Positions 17,823 to 26,970 of a DNA stretch of 64,000 bases are shown here, piece by piece. This stretch comes from a virus: IMG/VR virus record IMGVR_UViG_3300037153_000606. One strand, given 5' to 3'. How positions within the stretch are numbered: position 1 is the first letter of the stretch; each line of letters starts with the position of its first letter. Made by a program: the position numbers and the translations under genes. The notes below the pieces were generated by a model. That model was not told the DNA's origin. It made no database searches and worked only from the letters and a program-made list of their open reading frames with translations.

Positions 17823-18452
17823 TTAGTTGATGACCGTGATCTCGCGGGCCTGGTCGATCTCGAACGTCCCGTACTCGCCGTTCTTCTCCGGACGCCACTC
17901 ACCGACACCGACGGTGAGACCGGCGGCGGAGATGATCGAGAGCACCGAGTCGCGGGTGATCGCGGACTTGACGTACTGCACGGTCAGCTCGGAGGTCCAG
18001 TCCGGGAACTCGGCGCGGTAGCGCAGGTCGGTGCCACTGATGCCAACCGTCACCATGTCCTCGCGCATCTTCGGCTCGCCGACGATCGGGAAGAGCGCCT
18101 GGTTGCAGTGTTCGCTCATCACGCCACGGAAGAACAGGAACTGGCGCAGCTCGGTCATCCGGACCGACTTGCCGTACAGCCGGGCGGCGGACACCGTCGC
18201 GGCCTTGAACGCGACGGACGGGAAGCCGTAGCCGTCGGCGGTGCGGTACAGCGAGGACTCGAACTCGGCCTCGGGGTCGCGGGGTTCCTTGATGGTCTTG
18301 CGGCCCTGCTGGGTGTCCAGCATCTGGCGCTTGGCCTTCTCCGACCAGTTGTGCACGATCAGCGGCATGGTGCCGACGACCGGCACGAGCAACGTCTCGA
18401 CGTCGATCTTGGTGATGTCCAGTTGGGCTGGAGCGGCGGCTGCTGCGGGCAT
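17823..18452 (-). CDS. Stand-alone Cas7/RAMP-like RNA-binding protein (Vipr-like)
   Basis: 209 aa from ATG 18452 with AGGAGG RBS; V.GTMPLIVH first strand, FPSVAFKAA helix, C-terminal glycine loop GVGEWRPEKNGEYGTF; no other cas genes in the window. Confidence 0.75.
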   Translation of the reverse strand: MPAAAAAPAQLDITKIDVETLLVPVVGTMPLIVHNWSEKAKRQMLDTQQGRKTIKEPRDPEAEFESSLYRTADGYGFPSVAFKAATVSAARLYGKSVRMTELRQFLFFRGVMSEHCNQALFPIVGEPKMREDMVTVGISGTDLRYRAEFPDWTSELTVQYVKSAITRDSVLSIISAAGLTVGVGEWRPEKNGEYGTFEIDQAREITVIN

Positions 18453-18549
18453 GTAAGCCTCCTGGGGCTCGATACGTAATGGGTAGAACGTTGACGAGGG
18501 GGAAGTTAGCACGGTGAAGAGGACTCCCGCAAAGCCAGTACGTTTTCTT

Positions 18550-18581
18550 CCTGTCCTTTGCTGGATACACACGCAGAAGCA
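18550..18581 (+). promoter_or_regulatory. Putative late promoter upstream of lysin
   Basis: CCTG 18550, GAAGCA 18576. Confidence 0.5.
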
Positions 18582-18583
18582 AC

Positions 18584-19546
18584 GTGGATGCCGCCACACT
18601 GGTCAAGGCGATGCCGGGGCTCAGCCTCACCCGGGCCAGCCAGCTGGTCAATGGGGCCAATGCCGCGATGTCCATCGGGCAGATCAACACCGTCAAGCGG
18701 TGTGCGATGTTCCTGGCGCAGATCGGCACCGAGTCCGCTTCGTTGCGTTACCAGCAAGAGATCCAGCCGCCGCCGGGCGCGCAGTACCCGCCCTACATCG
18801 GGCGCACCTTCATCCAGGTCACCTGGCGGGACAACTATTCCGCGTTCGGCAAGTGGTGCAAGGCCAAGAACCTGCTCGCGGACGCGAATCTGTTCGTCAA
18901 CAAGCCCGCCACCCTGGCCGCCGACCAGTGGGCCTGGCTCGGGCCGGTGTGGTACTGGACGGTGGCCCGGCCCAATCTGAACGCGATGGCGGACGCGGGT
19001 GACATCGTCGGGTGCACCCGGGCCATCAACGGCGGGCTGAACGGGCTGGAGGACCGCACCCAGCGTTACCACCGCTGCCTGAGCCTCGGCACCGCGATCC
19101 TGCCGACCACCGCCACGCCCCAGCCGGAGGACGACATGCCCACCCAGCTCTACCTCACCGCATCCTCGAAGAAGCCGACCAAGGTGCCCGCTGGCGGGAA
19201 ATGGACCCCGGTGCTGTGGGACGGCTGGTCCCCGAAGGGCATCTCCGGCGGTGTCGGCGTGATACTCGGCAAGACGACCAAGTTGTTCAGCATGTCGGCG
19301 TGGCTCTACACCACCGGGCTGACCCCGGATGACAACATCTACTTCAAGGTGCAGACGCTGGCCACGAAGGACAACAAGCCGCTGGCCACTTTCCCTTACT
19401 CGGAGCAGCGTGGCACCACCGGCGGGTCCAACTTCAACTACAGCCAGGTCGGTTCGGTCAACCCCGGCACCAACCTGCGGCTGCTGGTCTCGGCCACCCG
19501 CGAATGCACCGTCACCCAGGCCTGGTGGCGAATCTTTGTTTGGTGA
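18584..19546 (+). CDS. Endolysin, GH19 (chitinase-like) catalytic domain
   Basis: MFLAQIGTES, YIGRTFIQVTWRDNY, TRAINGGLNGLEDR..RY motifs. Confidence 0.9.
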   Translation: MDAATLVKAMPGLSLTRASQLVNGANAAMSIGQINTVKRCAMFLAQIGTESASLRYQQEIQPPPGAQYPPYIGRTFIQVTWRDNYSAFGKWCKAKNLLADANLFVNKPATLAADQWAWLGPVWYWTVARPNLNAMADAGDIVGCTRAINGGLNGLEDRTQRYHRCLSLGTAILPTTATPQPEDDMPTQLYLTASSKKPTKVPAGGKWTPVLWDGWSPKGISGGVGVILGKTTKLFSMSAWLYTTGLTPDDNIYFKVQTLATKDNKPLATFPYSEQRGTTGGSNFNYSQVGSVNPGTNLRLLVSATRECTVTQAWWRIFVW

Positions 19547-19557
19547 GTGAGGTTGCC

Positions 19558-19899
19558 ATGCTCAACGCCTATGTCACCTCCGCGATCCGGACCGGCGTGC
19601 CGCTCCTGGTCGGTTGGATCGTCTCCTGGCTGGTGGCCAAGGGGATCGGCATCGACGACCAGACCCGCGACTGGCTGGTCTCGTTCCTGACCTTCGTGCT
19701 GTCCATGGCCTACTACCTGATCGCTCGCTGGCTGGAGCAGAAGAACCCGAAGCTGGGCTTCCTGCTCGGGGTACCGGTGCAGCCGGTCTACGTCGCGCCG
19801 GGTGCGACCCCGGCGGCCGTGTCCTCCACCACGGATACGGTGACCGAGGACGTGACCGTGACGAAGAAGGCGGCCAAGCCGCCCAACTCGGCTGGCTAG
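19558..19899 (+). CDS. Holin
   Basis: Two hydrophobic helices; IRTGVPLLVG..YYLIARWLE; directly after lysin. Confidence 0.8.
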   Translation: MLNAYVTSAIRTGVPLLVGWIVSWLVAKGIGIDDQTRDWLVSFLTFVLSMAYYLIARWLEQKNPKLGFLLGVPVQPVYVAPGATPAAVSSTTDTVTEDVTVTKKAAKPPNSAG

Positions 19900-19927
19900 G
19901 TCCTTCCGGCGTGGCTACTCTGCGCCC

Positions 19928-20314
19928 GTGCGACTACGGGTGCTGATCCTCGGCGACTACGACTACGGGCGGCCTGAGCGGGTCTACGCCGACCTGTCCC
20001 GGCTGTTCCTGCAGGACGGGCTGCAGGTGCTCACCGTGGTGCACGGCGGCGCGCTCACCGGCCCGGACCGGATGGCGCGAACGTTCGCCGAGGAGTGGCA
20101 ACCCTGGTGCGTGTTCTTCGGCCGTGACGTGGTGCAGGAGGTGCACCAGGCGGCCTGGGCGGCCTTCCAGCTGGAGGCGGGTGGGATCCGGGACTGGGCC
20201 ATGATCGCCACTCAGCCCGACCTGTGCCTGGCCTACCCCGGACCGTCCGGGCGGAGCCGGGGTCTACTGGACGAGGCGCGGCAGGTCATGGAGGTCTGGG
20301 ATCGATCCGGTTGA
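19928..20314 (+). CDS. SLOG-family (DUF2493-like) protein
   Basis: RVLILG..Y, VVHGGA.TGPD..A, AGGIRD.AM, DLCLAYP. Confidence 0.65.
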   Translation: MRLRVLILGDYDYGRPERVYADLSRLFLQDGLQVLTVVHGGALTGPDRMARTFAEEWQPWCVFFGRDVVQEVHQAAWAAFQLEAGGIRDWAMIATQPDLCLAYPGPSGRSRGLLDEARQVMEVWDRSG

Positions 20315-20339
20315 GACAACTCCGGTTATGCGATACACT
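20311..20339 (+). promoter_or_regulatory. Sigma70-type promoter
   Basis: TTGAGA-17 nt-TACACT upstream of GAGGAG RBS. Confidence 0.5.
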
Positions 20340-20378
20340 GATGGAACAGTTACGACCCACTTTTACCGAGGAGCCACC

Positions 20379-21233
20379 ATGATGATCGAGTTGCTCAAGT
20401 ACCGTCCCGGGATGCCGATCCATGCGGGGATGCGTGTACTCGTCTTCCGCAAGATCGCGGACTTCTGCTGCGAGTGGTCCCCCGCGCTCATCGTCAGTAT
20501 CAATTCTGACGGCGATCCCGAGTTCCTATTCGATGGGGACGAACCGCGAGAAGGGCAGCTGCAAAAGCTGTCGATGGACGTACGGCAAGAGAATGGAGAT
20601 GTGATCAATTACATCCACTCCTATCCGCATCTTTTGCACGGTAAGAGATTCTTGATGTGGGATCGCGATCGACAGGGGTGGGAACCCGGGACGATTATCT
20701 TCGGCAACGGGGTGAACGGCGGAGGCTATTCGATCAGGTTCGATCACCCAGTTGTGCCGGTGCGTGTCAAGGCTGAGCTGACCCCTGCACAAGAGCGTTC
20801 CCGGAATCGTTGGGCGGGCTACCAGGTCGTGCTGGGCCTCATCTTCCTGTTCATCTATCTGGGCACTGTCGGCAACGCCAAGGGGGTACCGGGCGGTCTG
20901 TTCCTGCTCGGCCTGGTGTTCATCATCGGCTTCTTCTCGCTGTTGACCTATCTGGCCTACCGGTTCCCGACCGCGACCAAGGCCGTCGCCGTCATCGGTG
21001 GCGGGGTCGCTGCCGCGAGCATGGCGAGCCGGGTCTACCGTGCAGCCGCGCATCCGAGCACCGGTGACTCCAGCACGTGGTTGCCGCCCGCACCGGTGCC
21101 GCCCGCCGTGCCTCCGGCCCCCTCGGGGCGTTACATCTACCACGAGATGAACACCCCGTACGCGCACGGCTCGAACGGGCAGACCTATGTCGGCAACGGT
21201 GGTCCGCTCCAGTGGGTCCGCGATCCGCAGTGA
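20379..21233 (+). CDS. Membrane protein
   Basis: GAGGAG RBS; 2-3 hydrophobic segments; Pro-rich tail; lower-GC 5' half. Confidence 0.7.
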   Translation: MMIELLKYRPGMPIHAGMRVLVFRKIADFCCEWSPALIVSINSDGDPEFLFDGDEPREGQLQKLSMDVRQENGDVINYIHSYPHLLHGKRFLMWDRDRQGWEPGTIIFGNGVNGGGYSIRFDHPVVPVRVKAELTPAQERSRNRWAGYQVVLGLIFLFIYLGTVGNAKGVPGGLFLLGLVFIIGFFSLLTYLAYRFPTATKAVAVIGGGVAAASMASRVYRAAAHPSTGDSSTWLPPAPVPPAVPPAPSGRYIYHEMNTPYAHGSNGQTYVGNGGPLQWVRDPQ

Positions 21234-21254
21234 CCTGAGAAAAGACAACTCAGG

Positions 21255-21317
21255 TTGTGGTGACTCAGTTTATTGGGCTATGATGGTGCTACCACCTACT
21301 GAGGAGCCACACTCATG
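21255..21317 (+). promoter_or_regulatory. Early-type promoter and conserved start-associated sequence
   Basis: TATGATGGTGCT (21279) and GAGGAGCCACACTCATG, both echoed at 22600-22648. Confidence 0.55.
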
Positions 21318-22268
21318 AACGCCAGAACTGACGTCCACCGCCCGTCCGCCCCCGAGTTCGACCCGGCCCTGTACGACTGCCGGGGCGTCTTCGACACCTG
21401 CACCGACCCGCTCAAGGGCGGCGGTTCGCAGCAGCCCCGTCTGGACGCCGTTCGTGCGCTGCGCGAGCAGGGCTACACGTTCGGTCCGGGTTCCTCGCAC
21501 CAGTGCGGGCACTGCGGTGCGCACATCCGCTACTGCGCGCTGATGGTCCGCGAGGACGTCAAGCAGTTCATCTACGTCGGCGAGACCTGCCTGGACGGCC
21601 GCTTCGAGCTGACCAAGGGCGAGTTCGACGCGCTGCGCAAGGCCGCCCAGTTGGACCGGGAGAAGCAGCGGCTGCTGACCGCCTACCGCGAGCTGTGCGA
21701 GCGTCACCAGGCACTGGCCTACGCCTCGTACGCGATCGACATCATCGACGGCTACATCAACGAGGTGTCCGACCCGGAGCGGGCGCTGCACCTGCGTGCC
21801 GGTGCCGGGTGGGCGCTGTCCACGATGGCCGACATCGCCCGCAAGGCGCGCAAGTACGGCGACATCAGCGACAAGCAGGTCGCCTTCCTGGAGCGGCTCC
21901 TGGTCGAGGTGGACGAGAAGATCGCCGCCCGGATCGCCAAGGACGCCGAGATTGCCAACAAGCCCCAGGCTGTTCTGGTGGTCACCGGCAAGCGCCAGCT
22001 GGTCGAGGGCACCGTGATCAGCCGCAAGGACCAGGAGAACCCGTACAGCTACAACGGCGGCAGGATCTGGAAGATCTTGGTCGAGCAGGCCGACGGTTCC
22101 CGGGTCTGGGGCACCGAGCCGGGTGCGTTCGTCACGGACAAGGGTGACAGAGTCAAGTTCATGGCCGCCGTCAAGGTCTCCGACAAGGACCCGGGGTTCG
22201 GGTTCTACTCCCGGCCGACCGGCTTCGAGGTCGTCGAGCGCACCGCCGCCGAGGAGGTGGCGGTGTGA
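21315..22268 (+). CDS. Hypothetical protein with Zn-binding motif and OB-fold-like C-terminus
   Basis: CGHCG..YVGETC; beta-rich C-terminus ending FGFYSRP. Confidence 0.75.
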   Translation: MNARTDVHRPSAPEFDPALYDCRGVFDTCTDPLKGGGSQQPRLDAVRALREQGYTFGPGSSHQCGHCGAHIRYCALMVREDVKQFIYVGETCLDGRFELTKGEFDALRKAAQLDREKQRLLTAYRELCERHQALAYASYAIDIIDGYINEVSDPERALHLRAGAGWALSTMADIARKARKYGDISDKQVAFLERLLVEVDEKIAARIAKDAEIANKPQAVLVVTGKRQLVEGTVISRKDQENPYSYNGGRIWKILVEQADGSRVWGTEPGAFVTDKGDRVKFMAAVKVSDKDPGFGFYSRPTGFEVVERTAAEEVAV

Positions 22269-22471
22269 GCACCTGGCGGTTGACCCTGCGCGGGTACGGC
22301 TTCGAGATGCGCGGTGTCGCGAGCGGGGACGTGCTGCACGAAGTCATCAGAGATCTGGACACCTTCGGCAACGCGCACCACATCCAGCTGATCTTCAGCA
22401 AGACCGGGGACGACTATCAGCCGTTCTCGGGTCCGGATCCGCAGGAGGACGTTCCGGGGTATCGGTCGTGA
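22265..22471 (+). CDS. Small hypothetical protein
   Basis: GGAGG RBS, GTGA overlap. Confidence 0.65.
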   Translation: MSTWRLTLRGYGFEMRGVASGDVLHEVIRDLDTFGNAHHIQLIFSKTGDDYQPFSGPDPQEDVPGYRS

Positions 22472-22563
22472 CCGCACTCATCGTGACTATCTGGGTCGTC
22501 GTCGCGGTCATGGTCCTGTACGTGGTCGGTGAGCACTGGCTGGACCACAAGCGCGACGATTGA
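22468..22563 (+). CDS. Small membrane peptide (31 aa)
   Basis: GTGA overlap; MTALIVTIWVVVAVMVLYVVGEHWLDHKRDD, one hydrophobic helix. Confidence 0.5.
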   Translation: MTALIVTIWVVVAVMVLYVVGEHWLDHKRDD

Positions 22564-22599
22564 CAACTCACGTTCTACAACTCATCTTGCGCCATGGTG

Positions 22600-22648
22600 T
22601 ATAATGGTGCTGTACGTTTCATCAACTACTTGAGGAGCCACACTCATG
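22600..22648 (+). promoter_or_regulatory. Early-type promoter and start-associated sequence
   Basis: TATAATGGTGCT; GAGGAGCCACACTCATG. Confidence 0.55.
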
Positions 22649-23533
22649 GACAAGCAACTGGATCGCATCAGCAAACTGCTCCGGCAGGCCGAGAAGGCCG
22701 GGACCCCGGAAGAGGCCGACGCCTTCATGGCCAAGGCGCAGCAGCTCGCCACCGCCACTGCCATCGATCTGGAGGTCGCTCGCCAGCACGTCGCCGACAA
22801 AGAGCGCCGCAAGGTGCCCACCATGCGCCAAGTCAAGATCGGCGAGCAGGGCAAGCGGCTGCTGCACACCTACGTCGAGCTGTTTTTGGCCATTGCCCGC
22901 GCCAACGACATCACCTGCGACATCGCGCACAACTCCACCTACGTCTACGCCTTCGGCTTCGACACCGACATCGACGTAGCCGAGGCGCTCTACGCTTCGC
23001 TGGTGGTGCAGATGGTGGAGGCCTCCAATGCCTATCTGCACTCTGGTGAGTTCAAGGCCGAGAAGATCTGGGTGCCTGGTGGTTACCGTCGCACCGGCAA
23101 GCGTTACTACAACGAGTGGACCGATCGCTATGTCCAGGACACGGAGTACGTCGAGGGGCGGTACAAGTCCACTCCCACCATCACCGCCCGCAAGTCCTTC
23201 CAGGTGGCCTTCGCCCGCAAGGTCGGCCAGCGGCTCACTGAGGCCCGTGGGCAGGCCATCGCAGCCGCCGAGGCGGCCGAGGCCGAGCTGATCATTCCAG
23301 TGTCCGGAGTTCCGGATGCCGCCAGCACCGGGACCGCGCTGGTCCTGCGGGCCAAGGAGGTCGAGGTCCGCGACTTCTACAAGGCCACCTCGCGCGCACG
23401 CGGCTCCTACCGGGGCGGTCGTTCCTCAACCAGCTCCGGCCATGCCCGCAACGCGGGTCGCGAGGCCGGGGCCAAGGCTCGGCTCGGCGGGGAGCGGGCC
23501 ATCGGCGGCGGCCGGAGGACGATCACCTCATGA
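22646..23533 (+). CDS. DUF2786-domain protein (Rv0184-like)
   Basis: N-terminal LDRISKLLRQAE..GTPEEADAFMAKAQQL signature. Confidence 0.85.
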   Translation: MDKQLDRISKLLRQAEKAGTPEEADAFMAKAQQLATATAIDLEVARQHVADKERRKVPTMRQVKIGEQGKRLLHTYVELFLAIARANDITCDIAHNSTYVYAFGFDTDIDVAEALYASLVVQMVEASNAYLHSGEFKAEKIWVPGGYRRTGKRYYNEWTDRYVQDTEYVEGRYKSTPTITARKSFQVAFARKVGQRLTEARGQAIAAAEAAEAELIIPVSGVPDAASTGTALVLRAKEVEVRDFYKATSRARGSYRGGRSSTSSGHARNAGREAGAKARLGGERAIGGGRRTITS

Positions 23534-24024
23534 GCGGGCGCGACTTCCAGCGATCCAAGGTCTACGCCGCCGAGATCGAGATGATCAACCTGGTCGACAC
23601 CGCGCAGAAGATGGGCATCACCACGCTGCGGATCGGCGCGTCGGACATCGCGGTGCCGATCGAGCGCAAGTTCGGCGACATGGACGGTGTGCAGCGCTAC
23701 GTGGACCTGGTGCTCGGCGAGGTGGCCCGCGAGTACGGCGTCTCGGCAGACGTGCGGGTGCGTGAGCGCAAGGGCAACACCAAGGCGCATTACGAGTCCC
23801 CCGGCGGAGTGATCGCCGTGCCGCCGCACCAGGGCTCCCGGTCCTCGTGGGCGATGCGCGAGTTCGTGGTGCTGCACGAGATCGCGCACCACCTGACCAA
23901 CGGGCACCAGCACGACGGGGTGTTCGTGGCCGCCCTCGCCGACCTGTTCGGCCGCTTCGTCGGTCCCGAGGCGCAGTTCATGTTCACCGTCATCACGCAC
24001 CAGGGCAACGTGACGCACAGCTGA
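23530..24024 (+). CDS. HEXXH metallohydrolase, TIGR04338/Rv0185-like
   Basis: RDFQRSKVYAAE; WAMREFVVLHEIAHHL..H...F. Confidence 0.85.
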   Translation: MSGRDFQRSKVYAAEIEMINLVDTAQKMGITTLRIGASDIAVPIERKFGDMDGVQRYVDLVLGEVAREYGVSADVRVRERKGNTKAHYESPGGVIAVPPHQGSRSSWAMREFVVLHEIAHHLTNGHQHDGVFVAALADLFGRFVGPEAQFMFTVITHQGNVTHS

Positions 24025-24025
24025 C

Positions 24026-24057
24026 CCTGTCCTGTCGGCCCCCTCCGGACGGAAGTA
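24026..24057 (+). promoter_or_regulatory. Putative late promoter
   Basis: CCTG 24026, GAAGTA 24052. Confidence 0.6.
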
Positions 24058-24083
24058 GCGACACCCGTCCTGAGGAGGCCGAT

Positions 24084-24650
24084 ATGCCGTTGGCAGCGCT
24101 GGAACTGGCTCGTCTGGCGAACGAGACCGACATGATCGTGTTGCGGAACACCCGACCCGGTTACACGGTGTTCCAGGACGACAACACCAAGGTCACGTTG
24201 GTCTTCGCCGGAGCAGGTGACCCGGCTGGTGAGGATGTGCAGCAGTGCTCGGCGGCGCTGCTGAAGAACTCCCGGCTGGTGCGGGCCGTCTCCATCGGGA
24301 TCCTGCAGATCGAGGAAGCTCCCGAAGCGCTGCAGGCCGCTCTGGACGCTCAACGCAACGAGTACGAATCCCGTGAGGCGAAGATGGCCGAAGCGGCCGA
24401 TCTCGCCCAGCGTGCGGCCGACCGGACCGTCGCCCGAGGCATCGCCTGCATCGCGCCGAAGGGGTCCCGAGGCGAGCTGTGCGGCTCCTACACGCTGGCT
24501 GCGCAGAACCCTCGGGAACGGCCTCCGTTGTGTGCCGAGCACCAGCACCTGGCCAGCCAGTACGCGATCATGGAGACGGACAACATCGACGACAACGGCA
24601 AGGCTGAAGTGGTATGGCGGCGCGCGTCGCTGTCGCGGGCGCGCGGGTAA
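24084..24650 (+). CDS. Hypothetical (likely virion assembly) protein
   Basis: GAGGAGG RBS; 188 aa; C..C..C..H cluster. Confidence 0.75.
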   Translation: MPLAALELARLANETDMIVLRNTRPGYTVFQDDNTKVTLVFAGAGDPAGEDVQQCSAALLKNSRLVRAVSIGILQIEEAPEALQAALDAQRNEYESREAKMAEAADLAQRAADRTVARGIACIAPKGSRGELCGSYTLAAQNPRERPPLCAEHQHLASQYAIMETDNIDDNGKAEVVWRRASLSRARG

Positions 24651-24680
24651 GAAACCTATCCGGAGAAGGAAGAGAAGGAC

Positions 24681-25286
24681 ATGACCGATCCCAGCACCCC
24701 CGACGTCCCCACCACCTCCGAGGCTGCCGCCGCAGGACCGCCCTCCGGTGAGACACCGGTCGCCACGGCGCAGTCCGCCGAGACGCCCGCCGATGAGGAG
24801 TCCGGCCAGGAATTCGTGCCGAACCCGCTGTTCCAGACCGGCGTGGTGGACACCTCTGGCCTGGGGGTTCCCGACATCAGCTCGGTCAGCCCGGTGCTGG
24901 ACCAGGCGCGGTCCGACTCGCTGCAGGCGGCCATCGACGACCTGGAGTCCGATGCCCCGAACACCGGCAACGTGGTGCTGGGCGATCGGGACAAGGACGA
25001 GGTGCTCGGTGAGCTAAAAGCCGCCCAGGAGGCGCACGAGGCCGCTGTGGCTGAGAAGGCCGGAGAGGGCGACGAGGCCGCCGAGGCCGCCGAGGCCGGT
25101 GAGGGCGAGGCTCCTGCCGCCGATGAGACGTCGGCGGGCACCGGGACCGCAGACAGCTCTGGCACTCAGGTGGAGGGCACCGTCGAAGGCACCGTGCACG
25201 GCACCGATGATCCGGCGTCCGAACCGGCCGCCGACAGTCAGGCCGAGGAGTCCGGGACTACCGACGAGTCCACGCCGCCAGCCTGA
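24681..25286 (+). CDS. Acidic low-complexity hypothetical protein
   Basis: GAAGGA RBS; E/A/D/T-rich. Confidence 0.7.
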   Translation: MTDPSTPDVPTTSEAAAAGPPSGETPVATAQSAETPADEESGQEFVPNPLFQTGVVDTSGLGVPDISSVSPVLDQARSDSLQAAIDDLESDAPNTGNVVLGDRDKDEVLGELKAAQEAHEAAVAEKAGEGDEAAEAAEAGEGEAPAADETSAGTGTADSSGTQVEGTVEGTVHGTDDPASEPAADSQAEESGTTDESTPPA

Positions 25287-25438
25287 TCCTCGGGCCCTTC
25301 TCCCGGAGATCTGTCCAGACCGACCGGCACGCCACTGACCCTTGGCGTGTCGGTCGGTCCATGCCGGGGCCCGGCGCTCGGAGGCGAAGTAGTGCGATGC
25401 GCGGCGGTTCCGGCCCAGGCCAGAGAGGCAGCGGATAG

Positions 25439-26083
25439 ATGACGGCCAATACCACGCCCCGGTTGGGGCTGATGCTGCCAGTCGGTTCCGACACCTTCAC
25501 TCCGGATGACTTCATCTCCACCTTCACCAAGCTCGACGGAGTACCCGGGATCACTCCGGTGTCGAGCTATGCCGCATTGCCGACCGGCCTGACCGAGAAG
25601 CAGCACGGATCGGTCTACATGCAGACCGACAACCTGGCCCAGTGGATGTGGAACAAGCCGACCTCGACCTCGACCGGCGTGTGGCAACGGATCAACTCGG
25701 TCGGTTTCCTCGGCAGTGCCCCGGCCATGACGAAGAGCTACACCAACAGCACCACTTCGGAGACCGGTGCGCCGACCATCCAGACCGTCACCGTGAAAGC
25801 GCCAGGTGGTCGCCGTCTCGGCGTCTACGCCCGTATCTCGTCGATGAGCCACAGCGCGTCGGGCGTCACCGAGATCTTTATCGTGTATAACGGCACGACG
25901 GTCGTCGTCAGGGGTTATGGGAGTTCCGGCAATACCACCGGCAACTCGCAGGAACTTTACTACATCACCGGGGTGGCTTCGGTGGGCCAGAGCCTCCAAT
26001 TCGACTTCAGGTTCCGGCCCTACAACGCAGGTACGTCAACTGCCAACAACGGCGGCAGCGCCCTGTACGTCTGGGAGATCTAG
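25439..26083 (+). CDS. Virion structural protein
   Basis: TTPRLGLMLP..SD N-terminus seen in fibre-type proteins; Thr/Ser/Gly-rich. Confidence 0.65.
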   Translation: MTANTTPRLGLMLPVGSDTFTPDDFISTFTKLDGVPGITPVSSYAALPTGLTEKQHGSVYMQTDNLAQWMWNKPTSTSTGVWQRINSVGFLGSAPAMTKSYTNSTTSETGAPTIQTVTVKAPGGRRLGVYARISSMSHSASGVTEIFIVYNGTTVVVRGYGSSGNTTGNSQELYYITGVASVGQSLQFDFRFRPYNAGTSTANNGGSALYVWEI

Positions 26084-26089
26084 TTCGCG

Positions 26090-26935
26090 ATGGCCGACAG
26101 CGACCGGGCCTACGTCTCTCAGTACTCGCAGGAGACGCTCGGCCTGATGCTCGCAGTGGCCTCGGTACCCACCGACGCCGACGGCACCGTGCTGGTCACC
26201 GTGTCCAACCAGGACACCCAGGCCACGCTGTTCCAGCGGGTCGCCGATCACGTCGGCGTCGGGCAGTACCAGATCGATCTGACGCCGGACGACACGGCGG
26301 TGCTGGGCAACTACATCGCGCAGTGGGCCTACCAGCTCAACGGCGCGCAGAAGAGCTACAACGGCTACTACTCCATCGGCGGCGCAGAACCGGCCTACGA
26401 CCAGCTCACCCCCGCGCTGAAGCAGATCGTGGACAACGTCTGGATCCGCTTCGCCGACCTGTTCGACTCGCCGTCCGGCGGCCCGAACCTGCAGACCTAC
26501 TTCCAGACCAACTGGAACCGGGGCCGTATCGCCCAGTTGATGGGGTTCGCGGTCGGCTACCTGAACACCATGGCGCAGCCGTACTCGACCTACACGGCGG
26601 CCACCTTCCCGGTCGACCAGTGGGGTTCGCTGCTCGAACAAAGCACCTACGTGGAGTGCCTGAAGCACCTGCGGCGCAGCTACGTCGAACAGCCCGAATA
26701 CCAGGGCGGCTCGATCTCCCGGCTGGACCGGCGTGACTACCTGCAACGCTGGGAGGACGTGCTCGCCGACGAACAGGCGCTGCTGAAGGGCCAGATGGAC
26801 ACCTTCAAGATCAGCCAGATGATGCTCGGTCGTCCGGCCGTGCTCGTCTCCGGCGGAGTGTTCGGCAGGTGGGCCCCGTCCGCCTACCCGGGCAACATGG
26901 GACGCCCCCGGCTGTGGTGGTCGAATTATTTTTAG
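26090..26935 (+). CDS. Neck/head-tail adaptor-like structural protein
   Basis: 281 aa, GC3-biased codons; function from synteny only. Confidence 0.6.
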   Translation: MADSDRAYVSQYSQETLGLMLAVASVPTDADGTVLVTVSNQDTQATLFQRVADHVGVGQYQIDLTPDDTAVLGNYIAQWAYQLNGAQKSYNGYYSIGGAEPAYDQLTPALKQIVDNVWIRFADLFDSPSGGPNLQTYFQTNWNRGRIAQLMGFAVGYLNTMAQPYSTYTAATFPVDQWGSLLEQSTYVECLKHLRRSYVEQPEYQGGSISRLDRRDYLQRWEDVLADEQALLKGQMDTFKISQMMLGRPAVLVSGGVFGRWAPSAYPGNMGRPRLWWSNYF

Positions 26936-26970
26936 ACTATTCAGTAATCTGACCGTGCTACGGTCCCACT

